64,000 nucleotides of DNA from contig JAWBMD010000004.1 of NCBI GenBank assembly GCA_039000985.1, forward strand, positions 2,345 to 66,344, read 5' to 3'. The translations under genes were made by a program, and so were the position numbers. Below are positions 36,207 through 44,917 of the stretch, piece after piece. The stretch is from Candidatus Aenigmatarchaeota archaeon (lineage in GTDB: Archaea; Aenigmatarchaeota; Aenigmatarchaeia; CG10238-14; SpSt-28). The notes under the pieces were generated by a model, which was given only the letters and a program-made list of their open reading frames with translations, was not told the origin of the DNA and ran no database searches. Numbering within the stretch: the stretch's first letter is position 1; each line of letters opens with the position of its first letter.

Positions 36207-37372
36207 TGCAAGCAGTAATACTTGCAGCTGGAAAGAGTGAAAGATTAAGACCTTTAACAGATGATAAACCAAAATCTCTTTTACCAATTTGCAATAAACA
36301 ATTGATAGATTATTTAATAGAAAAATTAAGAAATATTGGAATAGATGAAATAGCTGTAGTAGTTGCTTACCAAAAAGAAAAAATTATTGAACATTTAAAA
36401 GAAAAAAATGTAAAAATAATAGAGCAAAAAGAGATTAGTGGAACAACTAGTGCTTTATATTGTTCTAAAAATTTTGTAAAAGATAAGTTTTTAGCAATTT
36501 ATGGAGATTTGTTTTTTGAAGATAATTTAGAAATTTTTGTGAAAAACAATGAAACTACAGTTGGAGTAGTTGAAGTAGAAGATGTTTCAAGATTTGGTAA
36601 AGTTGAAGTAAAAAATGGTAAATTAATTGGCATTAAAGAAAAAAGTGAAAGCGGAAAAGGTTTAATAAATGCTGGCATATATATTTTTTATCCTGATATT
36701 TTTGATGCAATAGAAAAAACTGAAATAAGTTCTAGAAATGAATATGAATTAACAACATCAATAATGCTTTTAAAAAATGAAGTTAAAGTAGAAAAAATAA
36801 ATGGATATTGGAGTGATATTGGTTATCCGTGGGAATATTTAGATGTGAATTTATATATGCTAAAAAAAATTGGTTTTTCAGTTGGGGAAAATACAGAAAT
36901 ATGGGAAAATGCAACAATAAGAAAACCTGTTGTTATTGGAAATAACTGTGAAATAAAAAATTGTGTTCTAGATAATTGTATTATTGGTAATAATTGTACA
37001 ATTGGTGAATTTTCTGTAGTAAAAAGAAGTGTTATAATGAACAATAGCAATGCTCCTCATTTTAATTATGTAGCTGATAGCATAATTGGTGAAAATGTTA
37101 ATTTGGGAGCTGGTACTAAAATAGCTAATTTAAGATTTGATGAAAAGAATGTGAAAGTAAATATTAAGAATGTTGGAGTAGATAGCAAAAAAAGAAAGTT
37201 TGGTGCTATTATAGGTAATAATGTTAAAATTGGTATAAATGTTTCTATTTATCCTGGAAGAAAAATAGGATCAAATAGCTGGATAGATGCAGAAGCTTTG
37301 ATTAGAGAGGATATTCCTAACAATTCATATGTTAAATTAATCCAAAACAAAGAAATTATATTAAAGAAATAA
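36206..37372 (+). CDS. glmU: Bifunctional sugar-1-phosphate nucleotidyltransferase/acetyltransferase (archaeal GlmU-like)
   Basis: N-terminal ILAAGKSERLRPLT and C-terminal left-handed beta-helix hexapeptide repeats. Confidence 0.75.
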   Translation: MQAVILAAGKSERLRPLTDDKPKSLLPICNKQLIDYLIEKLRNIGIDEIAVVVAYQKEKIIEHLKEKNVKIIEQKEISGTTSALYCSKNFVKDKFLAIYGDLFFEDNLEIFVKNNETTVGVVEVEDVSRFGKVEVKNGKLIGIKEKSESGKGLINAGIYIFYPDIFDAIEKTEISSRNEYELTTSIMLLKNEVKVEKINGYWSDIGYPWEYLDVNLYMLKKIGFSVGENTEIWENATIRKPVVIGNNCEIKNCVLDNCIIGNNCTIGEFSVVKRSVIMNNSNAPHFNYVADSIIGENVNLGAGTKIANLRFDEKNVKVNIKNVGVDSKKRKFGAIIGNNVKIGINVSIYPGRKIGSNSWIDAEALIREDIPNNSYVKLIQNKEIILKK

Positions 37373-37393
37373 AGTCGAAGAAGAAAAAGCTAT

Positions 37394-38839
37394 TTATTTA
37401 ATTCTATATTCTATTTTCTTCTTTTCAAACTCACCTGGAGCCATTCTATGTAAAAGATCAGCTATTGTCTGTCTATATTCCACCGCAATATCCATTATAA
37501 TTTTTAAATCTTTATTATCAATCCTCTTATCTGGAAATAATACTTTTGCTAGACCGGAAGCGAATCTAAATATACTTTTCTCGTCTCTTATTGTTACATT
37601 CTCTAAATCTACTCTATCTCTAAGGAATGAAGTAAAGTCTCTTTTTCTCAACTCATGTAAAATTTCTGAAAAGAAATCAACCGAAAATCCAAAATTTTTA
37701 GATAGGTGTATATCTGTCTTCTTAATTTTGGTAATTTCCCATCCAGGTATTACAGCATTTATTCTATCTAGAAAAGCTGTATCCCCTCTCATAAAGTCTG
37801 GTAAAGAGTAATTTATATCCTCTACTGGAATATAGCCCGATTCTGTTGGTTTGATATCCAAATTGCCCATGAAAACTAAGGAGCATAAAGATGTAGCTTT
37901 CTTTGGTCCTCTTTCAAAATGACCGCTTTCCATATAATCTTTTAACTTACCCATCATTTCATCTGTATTTCCAAATCTAATCTTTGCAATTTCATCAAAA
38001 ACTATACAATCTTTTACGCCAATTTCACCTATTGTTCTTCTAGCTATATTAAAGAATAGCTGTGCGGGGGTAATTAATCCGCCAGAAATTATTCTGGTAT
38101 AAAATGAAATATTTCGGTAGAAATATGTTTTTCCTGTAGCTCTTGGACCGAGCTCAAGTAAGTTTATGTTATTCTCAACTAAAGGAACAAAACGTGAAAT
38201 TAGTATTAATTTTTGCCTTTCACTATAAATTTCTGGATTCAGGCCAATAGTATTTATTAGAACATCTATCCATTCTTCTGTTGTAAAATATTTCCTTTTC
38301 TCAATAAATTCAGAAATATTTACATTGGTAACATGAAAAGGTTCAAACTCGTCTATCAAAATAGGTAAAGTTAATCTGTTTCCATATTCATCAGTAATAG
38401 GATTGGAAGGTCTCAAAGAAGCTAATCCCCATATACCAGAAGATAACAACTCTGGATTTTCATCGACTATCGAATCTAAAATCATAGCATCTCTAATATT
38501 GAGAGAAGGTATAATTGCTTTTCTTATCTCATGCTTTTCATCGATTTCAACTTTAATCTCATCTATAATTTTATGAGTTTCTTTTCTTATAATTATCTTA
38601 TCTAGTATTTTATCCCTATCCTTTGCTTCTGGATAAAAATTAGTTATAAGTTCAATGATTTTTCCTATTTTTTCACCTATTTTCTCTTCGCCTTTTTCTG
38701 CTACCTTTGTTAGCAAATGCTCAGAAACAAATTTGGGAACTTGTCTAATATCTTGAATATTCACTATTTTTTTGTTTACTATGTATTCTGGATAGTAATA
38801 TTTCAGTTTTGCATTTAGCTCATCTTGGTTTACTGTCAT
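37394..38839 (-). CDS. BrxL-type AAA+ ATPase lacking the C-terminal Lon protease domain
   Basis: Motifs recalled from BREX BrxL are present: EEWIDVL, VENNINLLELGPRATGKTY, GGLITPAQLFFNIARRTIG, VFDEIAKIRF, KDYMESGHFERG, VFMGN, DTAFLDRINAVIPGWEI and LRKRDF. It is 481 aa, versus ~680 aa for BrxL as I recall it. Confidence 0.75.
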   Translation of the reverse strand: MTVNQDELNAKLKYYYPEYIVNKKIVNIQDIRQVPKFVSEHLLTKVAEKGEEKIGEKIGKIIELITNFYPEAKDRDKILDKIIIRKETHKIIDEIKVEIDEKHEIRKAIIPSLNIRDAMILDSIVDENPELLSSGIWGLASLRPSNPITDEYGNRLTLPILIDEFEPFHVTNVNISEFIEKRKYFTTEEWIDVLINTIGLNPEIYSERQKLILISRFVPLVENNINLLELGPRATGKTYFYRNISFYTRIISGGLITPAQLFFNIARRTIGEIGVKDCIVFDEIAKIRFGNTDEMMGKLKDYMESGHFERGPKKATSLCSLVFMGNLDIKPTESGYIPVEDINYSLPDFMRGDTAFLDRINAVIPGWEITKIKKTDIHLSKNFGFSVDFFSEILHELRKRDFTSFLRDRVDLENVTIRDEKSIFRFASGLAKVLFPDKRIDNKDLKIIMDIAVEYRQTIADLLHRMAPGEFEKKKIEYRIK

Positions 38840-39012
38840 TTTTCCAACATTTGGAAAATCTTACTCCTAGCCAAATCATAATAGCTCGTAAAAAATTAAT
38901 ATGGGTCTACCTGACTCTATATTCGAAATAAATATCGCTAATAACATGACACAAAAACAAATTAAAACTGTCGTTGCACTCCTCGAAATGATTCTATTTT
39001 CTGACACTTTTC

Positions 39013-40398
39013 TCATCTCAACATTTCCTCAATTTCTTTATCTAAATCACTTTTAATCTTTTTTACTTTCTTTTCAGCTCCCACAAATAATTTTCTTCTT
39101 TCCTCACTTTTACTTCCACCTATATCTAAAACTACTCTTAAATTATATTCCCCAGATTTAAGTTTAGGCAAATCAAAATTTATTGTATAGAATGATTCCT
39201 TATCAATTTTCTTTATATTTTCAGAGCTTAGTATGTCAGAGTCCAGGTATACAGATATTTTAATGTCGGATAATACTTTTTCTGAATTATTAGAAATAAT
39301 ACAATTTAACTTTTTTACTTCATTTTCCTTGACAAATAATGGTTCGATTTTTATTTCAATATCTTTAGGTTTAGGTAATTCAATTTGTTCTTCTTCAATT
39401 TCCTCTTCCTCGGCTTCTCCTTCTTTTAAAATTTTCAAAGTTTTCTTTATTTCTTCTAATTCATCATCAGTAATTCCATATAGCTTAGCAACAGTCTTAT
39501 CAATTTCTTCTTCAACTTTTTTTAGTTCTTCCCAGGCAACTAAATCATTTTGTTCATAATATTTTTTAGCTAGTTCATGGGCTTTTTTGGAGAGTTCTGA
39601 AAGTTTTAAGTGAAGTTCATTTTTGGAGTTAAATTTTGGTATATTTAAATAATCTAATATATGTGACTGTAAATGTAAATGATGGTATGTTTTAATTATA
39701 AAATTTGAAATTGTAGAATTTAATATAGAACATATATAATGCGCTTCTTTATCATTTCCCAACGCAATATAATTAACAGTATAATCTGGAATGGGAATTT
39801 TATTATCAATTGATGAGTTCTCGGGATTAATCACACAAGCCTTTATTTCTTTATCTATATCTCTCCATCCTACTTTGAATTTCGACAACACATAGTTATT
39901 TAATCTATATAAGAGATAGAAAGGCTGATTTATATTTCTCTTTACATCTGCTCTGTTTTTTAGTTCTTTTTCAAATTTTTTAAAATACTCAAATGTATTA
40001 GGGTATAAAGTTTTTAATTCCTTCTCAGAAAGTGGTTCAATAGATTTAAGATTATATGGTACAATTCCAAAACTGCTAGATTTAAAATAATATTTAAAAA
40101 TGTCTTTGCCCAGTATAACTGGATATATCAAATCTTTTTCTAATGTCCAAGTTATTCTTTTAACATTTAATTTGACGTTGTCAATCATATTTTCTATAAT
40201 CACAACATCAGAACCTGTATCACCCTTTATATTAATCAAAAAAATTCCACGTGGAGTAAAACTAACACCTTCGTGGGCTTCATACCCAGAGTTACCTATT
40301 ATATTTCTTAGTTTTTCTAATAGATCTCTAGTAGGTAAAGATGCTAATGGTGGGATAAATTTTTTTTCGGGTTGTATCCCCCTATAGGTTCTGCCCAC
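39013..40398 (-). CDS. C-terminal part of an MmeI/PglX-like type IIG enzyme (target-recognition region + Glu-rich linker + CARDB-like beta-sandwich)
   Basis: TaqI_C/Eco57I-C-like patterns (LIYPVILGKDIFKYYF, YICSILNSTISNFIIK). The apparent GTG start is probably just the ORF finder's first in-frame start. The frame joins the upstream ORF through the A8 tract. Confidence 0.7.
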   Translation of the reverse strand: MGRTYRGIQPEKKFIPPLASLPTRDLLEKLRNIIGNSGYEAHEGVSFTPRGIFLINIKGDTGSDVVIIENMIDNVKLNVKRITWTLEKDLIYPVILGKDIFKYYFKSSSFGIVPYNLKSIEPLSEKELKTLYPNTFEYFKKFEKELKNRADVKRNINQPFYLLYRLNNYVLSKFKVGWRDIDKEIKACVINPENSSIDNKIPIPDYTVNYIALGNDKEAHYICSILNSTISNFIIKTYHHLHLQSHILDYLNIPKFNSKNELHLKLSELSKKAHELAKKYYEQNDLVAWEELKKVEEEIDKTVAKLYGITDDELEEIKKTLKILKEGEAEEEEIEEEQIELPKPKDIEIKIEPLFVKENEVKKLNCIISNNSEKVLSDIKISVYLDSDILSSENIKKIDKESFYTINFDLPKLKSGEYNLRVVLDIGGSKSEERRKLFVGAEKKVKKIKSDLDKEIEEMLR

Positions 40399-42677
40399 AT
40401 GACTATTCTATTAGTTTTTTTCATAAACTCCTCCAAAGATATTTCCTGATCTATTTCTTTTCTATCAGACTTATAAAGAATGTAAGGCGTGGGAAATTCT
40501 GTTTTCTCTCCTTTTACAGCTACAAAAAGAGCCGTTCTATTCTTTGCACCCTCAAATGGTAAAAGTTCAGATAAATCGTGAACCTTTAATAATTTTATAT
40601 CGAAGTTATCTGTTCTTAATCTTAGAAAACCAGATCCTGCAAACGATTTAAAAACAATTTGAGTAATTAGAAAACCTAAAATACCCTTATCTTTTAAATA
40701 ATAGTCGATACATCTATATACAAAAAGAGTAGAAATATCTATCTTAGTTGAATAAGGTCCTGGTGGTAAAATATTGTATTTTTTATATAACTCCTTTATC
40801 CTCTCTCTATAGGCTTCTGGAAGATTTGGCCAATGCACCCAAGGAGGATTTCCAACAACATAGTCAAACTTTCCAATTAGCAATGGAGCAAAAGAGTTTT
40901 TCAATAATTGTGTCCAAATCTTATTTTTATGATACTTATATTCTAAATCATAAATTTTCTTGTATAATCTCATTATTCTTCCAAAAGAAATCTTTGATAT
41001 AGTAATATTTAGTTCTATTAACTTCCTACTAAGATATTCTCGAAATTCGTCTCCACTATATTCTAATTTTACCCCCTCATCAATGTAAAGAAGAATTTCT
41101 TTTAGAATATTTTTTTCAATAATTTCCTTAGGTATCCAAAATTCTCCTTCAGTAGTATATAGTCTAAATTCTTCTTCTCCTTCAGTAGCTAATGTTTTCC
41201 ATTTTTGCCCAATTTCAACAGATATGGAATCGGCAAGATAAATTGGAATTTCTATTCCTTCTCTTGGTCTATATCTAAGTAAATCCGACAAAGCTATCAA
41301 ATAGTTTGCTTTTGATGCTAAAACGGCGAGAGGATTAAGATCAATTCCTTTAACATTATTTATTATTTTTTGTATTAATTCACGTTTATCGAGAAAATGC
41401 TCATCTGCATATTCCTTAATTCGTTTAATAGCCAACACGAGAAATGTACCAGAACCACAAGCTGGATCTAAAACTCTTTTATCAGGATTTCCATCATAAC
41501 CAACTTCATTCAAAAGTAATTCAGCTAACCAATCTGGTGTAAAATATTCGCCCAATCTGTGTCTTATGTCTCTTGGAAGTAAATTCTGATATAATCTTTT
41601 AAATAAGTCCTTCACTCTTTCAGGATTTAATTCAATCGTAGCTGGTTCGTAATCTAAAAGTTTTTTGATTAATTCAAAAATAGATTCAGCTATTTTATCG
41701 TTCCATTCATCTAAATACCAAGCAAAATAATCAGCTTCTAAGAAATTTCTTATTCCAAGTTTTGCAAATATTCCACCTTCTTCCAAATCTTTCAGCTCTT
41801 CCAACATTTCATTATGATTTCGGTAGTAAGCTTCTTCAAGTTTCTTAAGATAAGAACCTAGAAGACTATCAGCAAAAAGAGTGACAATTTCAGAGGTTAA
41901 TAATTTCATCAAAATTGTATAATAAGTATGAATAGCGAAGAGTAATTTTTCAACATCGATTTTCTCTTGATTAGCTAATTCATAATATTCGACTAAACCA
42001 GCTAATTTATCTTTAGAGTAGGAACATACTTGAGAAAATACTCTCTTCCAGTCATTAAACAACATTTCAGTTCTCGGCAAATTTTTGCCTACCAGAGAAT
42101 TGTAAAGTGTTAAAATAATTTTTTTACTTATTGTACTTTTAGGTCCAAAATCTAAAAGTAGAAATTCTATATCTATTAGTTTTCTTCTTAAGCCTCGAAT
42201 AGACTCTAACAATCTAAGAACAGTTTGTGCATTAACCTTTAGCGGCTTTTCTTGCTCTTCCCACTCGTTTTTTCTAAATCTAACGAATGCAATATTATAA
42301 CCATCAAGAACTATAGCAAAGTACCTTCCATAATATTTTTGATCAACAGCTTCCTTTTTGATATATTCTTTAACCTGTTCTTTTGCTTTGTTAAATTCAG
42401 CTCTATTATCTAACTTTCCTGGAGCTTTATATTCTATTATAACATGTCCGTAAAGAGCGTCCTTTCTAACACCAGAAATCTCATGTCTATGCTCATAAGA
42501 AGCCCATTGAATACCCCATTTTTCTAATATTGGTCTTAAAGTTGTTTCAACTCTTATTTTTAATTCTTCTTCATTTTTAGACTCAGATGCATGTTGTAGT
42601 ATTTCGTTAGCTAGCTTACGAGTGTCTATTTGCTCTAGACCAATTTCTTCTCGAGATGTCTTTACTATTTCATTCAT
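40344..42677 (-). CDS. N-terminal part of an MmeI/PglX-like type IIG enzyme (PD-ExK-like motif + helical region + gamma-class N6-adenine methyltransferase)
   Basis: SAM motif VLDPACGSGTFLV and catalytic GNPPWV. The N-terminal RKDALYGHVIIEYKAPGKL fits the D-x(n)-E-x-K pattern of MmeI-family enzymes. Confidence 0.8.
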   Translation of the reverse strand: MNEIVKTSREEIGLEQIDTRKLANEILQHASESKNEEELKIRVETTLRPILEKWGIQWASYEHRHEISGVRKDALYGHVIIEYKAPGKLDNRAEFNKAKEQVKEYIKKEAVDQKYYGRYFAIVLDGYNIAFVRFRKNEWEEQEKPLKVNAQTVLRLLESIRGLRRKLIDIEFLLLDFGPKSTISKKIILTLYNSLVGKNLPRTEMLFNDWKRVFSQVCSYSKDKLAGLVEYYELANQEKIDVEKLLFAIHTYYTILMKLLTSEIVTLFADSLLGSYLKKLEEAYYRNHNEMLEELKDLEEGGIFAKLGIRNFLEADYFAWYLDEWNDKIAESIFELIKKLLDYEPATIELNPERVKDLFKRLYQNLLPRDIRHRLGEYFTPDWLAELLLNEVGYDGNPDKRVLDPACGSGTFLVLAIKRIKEYADEHFLDKRELIQKIINNVKGIDLNPLAVLASKANYLIALSDLLRYRPREGIEIPIYLADSISVEIGQKWKTLATEGEEEFRLYTTEGEFWIPKEIIEKNILKEILLYIDEGVKLEYSGDEFREYLSRKLIELNITISKISFGRIMRLYKKIYDLEYKYHKNKIWTQLLKNSFAPLLIGKFDYVVGNPPWVHWPNLPEAYRERIKELYKKYNILPPGPYSTKIDISTLFVYRCIDYYLKDKGILGFLITQIVFKSFAGSGFLRLRTDNFDIKLLKVHDLSELLPFEGAKNRTALFVAVKGEKTEFPTPYILYKSDRKEIDQEISLEEFMKKTNRIVMWAEPIGGYNPKKNLSHH
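40360..40367 (-). other. A8 homopolymer on the coding strand at the junction of the two methyltransferase ORFs
   Basis: The coding strand reads CCG AAA AAA AAT TTA TCC. An A9 tract, or a -1 slip on A_AAA_AAT, gives ...NPKKKFIPPLASLPTRD... and fuses both ORFs. Confidence 0.9.
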
Positions 42678-43112
42678 CTTCCGACATTTCTTTTTGTAGC
42701 CTCTTCTAGACTTACTGGTTTATATAACATCTCTTAAATCTTCTTGCTGAGATATTGTTTTCCATCTATATCTTTGTTTCAATTCAGATAAAATAATGCT
42801 CATCATATCTTCATCTATTTTTTGTAAGTATTCTCATAATTAAATTCTTTATTTCTGAAATTAGCCTGTACTTCAAACAAGCACTCATCATCCACACAGA
42901 TAAAACTCCTATCATTTCATATCGCGATTATACGTTTATAATTATAACATAATTAATATTATTTTTTTAAAAATTTTATAAACTTAACTATAACAATATA
43001 ATATTTAGATGTGGTTTACGTTATTAAATAGAGGTAGTGAATTGGAAGCTTCAACACACTATTCTCTAACATCAAAAACTTATTAAAGAAATAAAAATTA
43101 ATTTTGAATTAA

Positions 43113-43508
43113 ATGAGAAGAAAAAGACCAAAAGAAGAGAAAGTTATGGAAATAATAAAAAGAATAGTTTCTTCAAGATTAATGGTAGATTCACTTGAAA
43201 AGCTATACTTTTTTGTTTTGGAGAAGCTGAAAAAAGAAGATAAAGAATACAGTATATCTCCTCAAAGAATTAAAAAAATAGTAATGAAAATGAATGAAAT
43301 AAACATGAAAGTGAAAACTAGGGAAAGTACAAGCATTAAAAAAATAAATGAATGTCCTGTATGCAAAAGTAGTTTGGAAGAAATTAAAACAAAAAATTTA
43401 GCAAACAAAGATGTTGTTATTGGTTATAAATGTAGTAAATGCGGATACAAAAGTGATTTAAAATCGTTTGCTCCAATGAGATATGTTTTTCTGAAAAAAA
43501 TAAACTAA
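43113..43508 (+). CDS. Hypothetical protein with C-terminal Zn-ribbon
   Basis: CPVC...CSKC. No family recognised. Confidence 0.45.
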   Translation: MRRKRPKEEKVMEIIKRIVSSRLMVDSLEKLYFFVLEKLKKEDKEYSISPQRIKKIVMKMNEINMKVKTRESTSIKKINECPVCKSSLEEIKTKNLANKDVVIGYKCSKCGYKSDLKSFAPMRYVFLKKIN

Positions 43509-44917
43509 TAAACTTTACCAATTAAAGTTAATCTATCAGTTTCTTTATTACAAATTATGCATTTACCAAATTCTCTCTCCTCTAAAAATCCTATTGCTTC
43601 AACAGAACTTTCTATTTGAGAAATTTTCTCAAAACATTCCTTATCACCACACCAATTTGCTTTAGCTATTTTACCTTCTTTAATACATTTTTCAACCTCA
43701 CTTAATTCATTACAACTTACAATTATATTTTTGTAATATTTCTCTACTTTTTCAAACAAAAACTTTGGCATTTCTATTTCTAAAATTTTTTTTATCTTAT
43801 TAACTATTTCATCTACTTTAACTTTAATTCTCTCTTTTGTATCTCTTCTATACAAAGTATAGAATTTTTCTTTAACTTCTTTTTCACCAATTTCTATTCT
43901 TATTGGCACACCTTTAATATCCCAAATATTAAATTTTTCACCTGGTATTTTTTCACTCTTATCAACAAAAACTCTTATGTTCTCTTTATTAAATTCTTCA
44001 CTAAGTTTTTCTGCCTCATCAAAAAAATCATTTTCCTTTGTTGGAATTGTAATTATAATAACTTGATAAGGAGATATTTTTGGAGGCAAAACTAAACCCC
44101 TTTCATCACCATGTAAAGTAAAAGCAGCTACCAAAAACCTCGCTCCATTACCAGTACAAACTTGCCAAACATATTGTTTTTCTCCATTTTCATTAACAAA
44201 AAATAAATCAAATTTCTTTGCATATGCTTGGCCAAGATTATTTATGCTTCCATTTTCCAAAAGCTTTCCATTTGGTAAAATAGAATAGAACTCAAAAGCA
44301 GATTCAGCACCTGGAAATATTTCATATTTTGGTTTTTCGACAATTATTGGTGGTATACACAAAACTTCTTTCCATATAAAATTATAAATTTCTTTATGTT
44401 TTTCCATTTCTTCTAAAGCTTCTTCTCTTGTTTTATGAACAGTATGTATTTCATGCCAAAAAGTTATTTCCCTATCTCTAATAAGTGAATGTGTTGTTTT
44501 TCCTTCTTTTCTAAATGAAGAAACTGTTTGAACAATTCTTATTGGTAATTTACCATCCTTTATCCAATACTTAAAAATGGGATACATAGCTGGTTCTCCA
44601 GTAGGTCTTAAAATAGCATTTTCGTTTTCAACATAAAAAGCTTCATTTTTAAATCCTTCATACCATTCTTCGTTAATCCTAGCAAAATCTAATGGAACGA
44701 AAAGAGGAAAATAAACTTCCTCTATACCATTTTTTTCAAAAATTTCATTCAATATCTCAACAAGCATTTTCATTATTTTAAAACCATAAGGCAACCAAAT
44801 AAAAGTACCTTTAACAGGATATCTTCTATCTATTATTTCAGCTAATTCTAAGCATGCATAATACCAATTAATTAAATCATCTTTGATTGGTAATCTTTCC
44901 GGCTTTATTTCAAACAT
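43505..44917 (-). CDS. proS: Prolyl-tRNA synthetase (archaeal/eukaryotic type)
   Basis: Class II motifs (RPTGEPAMY, SSFRKEGKTTHSLIRDREITFWHEIHT) and a C-terminal Zn-binding domain. Confidence 0.85.
   Translation of the reverse strand: MFEIKPERLPIKDDLINWYYACLELAEIIDRRYPVKGTFIWLPYGFKIMKMLVEILNEIFEKNGIEEVYFPLFVPLDFARINEEWYEGFKNEAFYVENENAILRPTGEPAMYPIFKYWIKDGKLPIRIVQTVSSFRKEGKTTHSLIRDREITFWHEIHTVHKTREEALEEMEKHKEIYNFIWKEVLCIPPIIVEKPKYEIFPGAESAFEFYSILPNGKLLENGSINNLGQAYAKKFDLFFVNENGEKQYVWQVCTGNGARFLVAAFTLHGDERGLVLPPKISPYQVIIITIPTKENDFFDEAEKLSEEFNKENIRVFVDKSEKIPGEKFNIWDIKGVPIRIEIGEKEVKEKFYTLYRRDTKERIKVKVDEIVNKIKKILEIEMPKFLFEKVEKYYKNIIVSCNELSEVEKCIKEGKIAKANWCGDKECFEKISQIESSVEAIGFLEEREFGKCIICNKETDRLTLIGKVY

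Noticed and set aside
37394-42677. Calling the island a BREX system.
   Set aside because: No PglZ, BrxC, BrxA or BrxB is present in the window. The methyltransferase carries a PD-ExK-like N-terminal motif more typical of MmeI-type restriction-modification enzymes. It is reported instead as a BREX-related but distinct pairing.
42720-42806. A 28-aa minus-strand ORF upstream of the methyltransferase (MMSIILSELKQRYRWKTISQQEDLRDVI), resembling the first helix-turn of an XRE-type HTH and so possibly a restriction-modification controller protein.
   Set aside because: It is far too short to form an HTH domain and the similarity is only a loose pattern. At best it is a remnant. It is not supportable as a feature.
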